A DNA stretch of 64,000 bases, from the IMG/VR virus record IMGVR_UViG_3300010158_000027, positions 186,001-250,000 of that record. The stretch is one strand, 5' to 3'. The position numbers and the translations under genes are program-made. Shown here in pieces: positions 63,560 to 64,000 of the stretch (the first letter of the stretch is position 1; each line of letters begins with the position of its first letter). Below the pieces are notes generated by a model. That model was not told the origin of the DNA, searched no databases, and worked only from the letters and a program-made list of their open reading frames with translations.

Positions 63560-63919
63560 ATGAAAAATAAAATGCTTATAGTGGACGATGAGGAGGATAT
63601 CTTAATATTCTTATCATATCACTTTAATAAAAATGGTTTCGATGTTACAACAGCATTAGATGGAGCCATAGGGTTATCTGAATTTGAAAAGAAAAAATTC
63701 GATATTGTTATAACGGATATACGTATGCCAAATATGGATGGTATAGAAATGTGTGGTGAGATAAAAAAACAAGATGATACAACCCCAATCATATTTTTAA
63801 CTGCGGTTACAGATGATTATAAAATATTGCACGCAATGCGAACAGGTGCGTCCCAGTTTGTTGATAAACCAATCAAACTAGATGAACTAACAGATATCGT
63901 TAACGGTTTAATTAATTAA
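63560..63919 (+). CDS. Stand-alone response-regulator receiver domain (CheY-like)
   Basis: LIVDDE, VITDIRMPNMDG, IIFLTA, FVDKP. Confidence 0.92.
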   Translation: MKNKMLIVDDEEDILIFLSYHFNKNGFDVTTALDGAIGLSEFEKKKFDIVITDIRMPNMDGIEMCGEIKKQDDTTPIIFLTAVTDDYKILHAMRTGASQFVDKPIKLDELTDIVNGLIN

Positions 63920-63920
63920 A

Positions 63921-64000
63921 ATGACAAAAGAGCAAATTTTAAAATACGGAGAAATACAATACCTAAAAGGTAGATTGGATGAACTAGATAAGGCGTTCCC
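63921..64000 (+). CDS. Hypothetical protein, 3'-truncated by the window
   Basis: MTKEQILKYGEIQYLKGRLDELDKAF, open to the end. Confidence 0.5.
   Translation, partial: MTKEQILKYGEIQYLKGRLDELDKAF

Noticed and set aside
1-64000. Diversity-generating retroelement, retron or integrase
   Set aside because: No reverse transcriptase, no template/variable repeat pair with A-specific differences, and no tyrosine or serine recombinase motifs in the window.

Overview
This is a 64 kb segment of a large, AT-rich, lytic-type dsDNA phage genome in the standard genetic code, almost entirely on the + strand. The host is most likely Bacteroidota: there are TTTG-N19/20-TAnnTTTG promoters, a short Bacteroidota-type sigma70, an SprB-like repeat, an Hc1-like protein, a lipoprotein and no Shine-Dalgarno use. 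Gene content: the end of a structural module, RuvC-like resolvase, primase, PD-(D/E)XK nuclease, SbcD/SbcC, a fused REase-MTase plus partner, two orphan MTases, sigma factor, DnaJ, glutaredoxin, DHH phosphoesterase, ThyA, a lone receiver domain, a lysis module, two free-standing homing endonucleases and a tnpB-only IS200/IS605 element. Unexplained structure, in order of interest: (1) an integron-like array of attC-like TAAC...GTTA hairpins at 61.7-63.4 kb whose cassette ends are mutually complementary, with a sister site at 35.5 kb; (2) four tRNA-Leu-like frames at 50.4-51.3 kb whose anticodon arms are replaced by unrelated 54-99 nt inserts; (3) a ~880 nt highly structured, GOLLD-like RNA behind tandem promoters with a covarying hairpin and a boxA-like motif; (4) a TATTTAT-driven late regulon of proteins sharing an N-terminal leader ending in (I/L/V)xE; (5) both homing endonucleases have displaced the original 3' end of their neighbour gene; (6) apparently catalytically dead MetK-like and amidase-like proteins. 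All family calls are from motif recognition by eye; no searches or folding programs were run.
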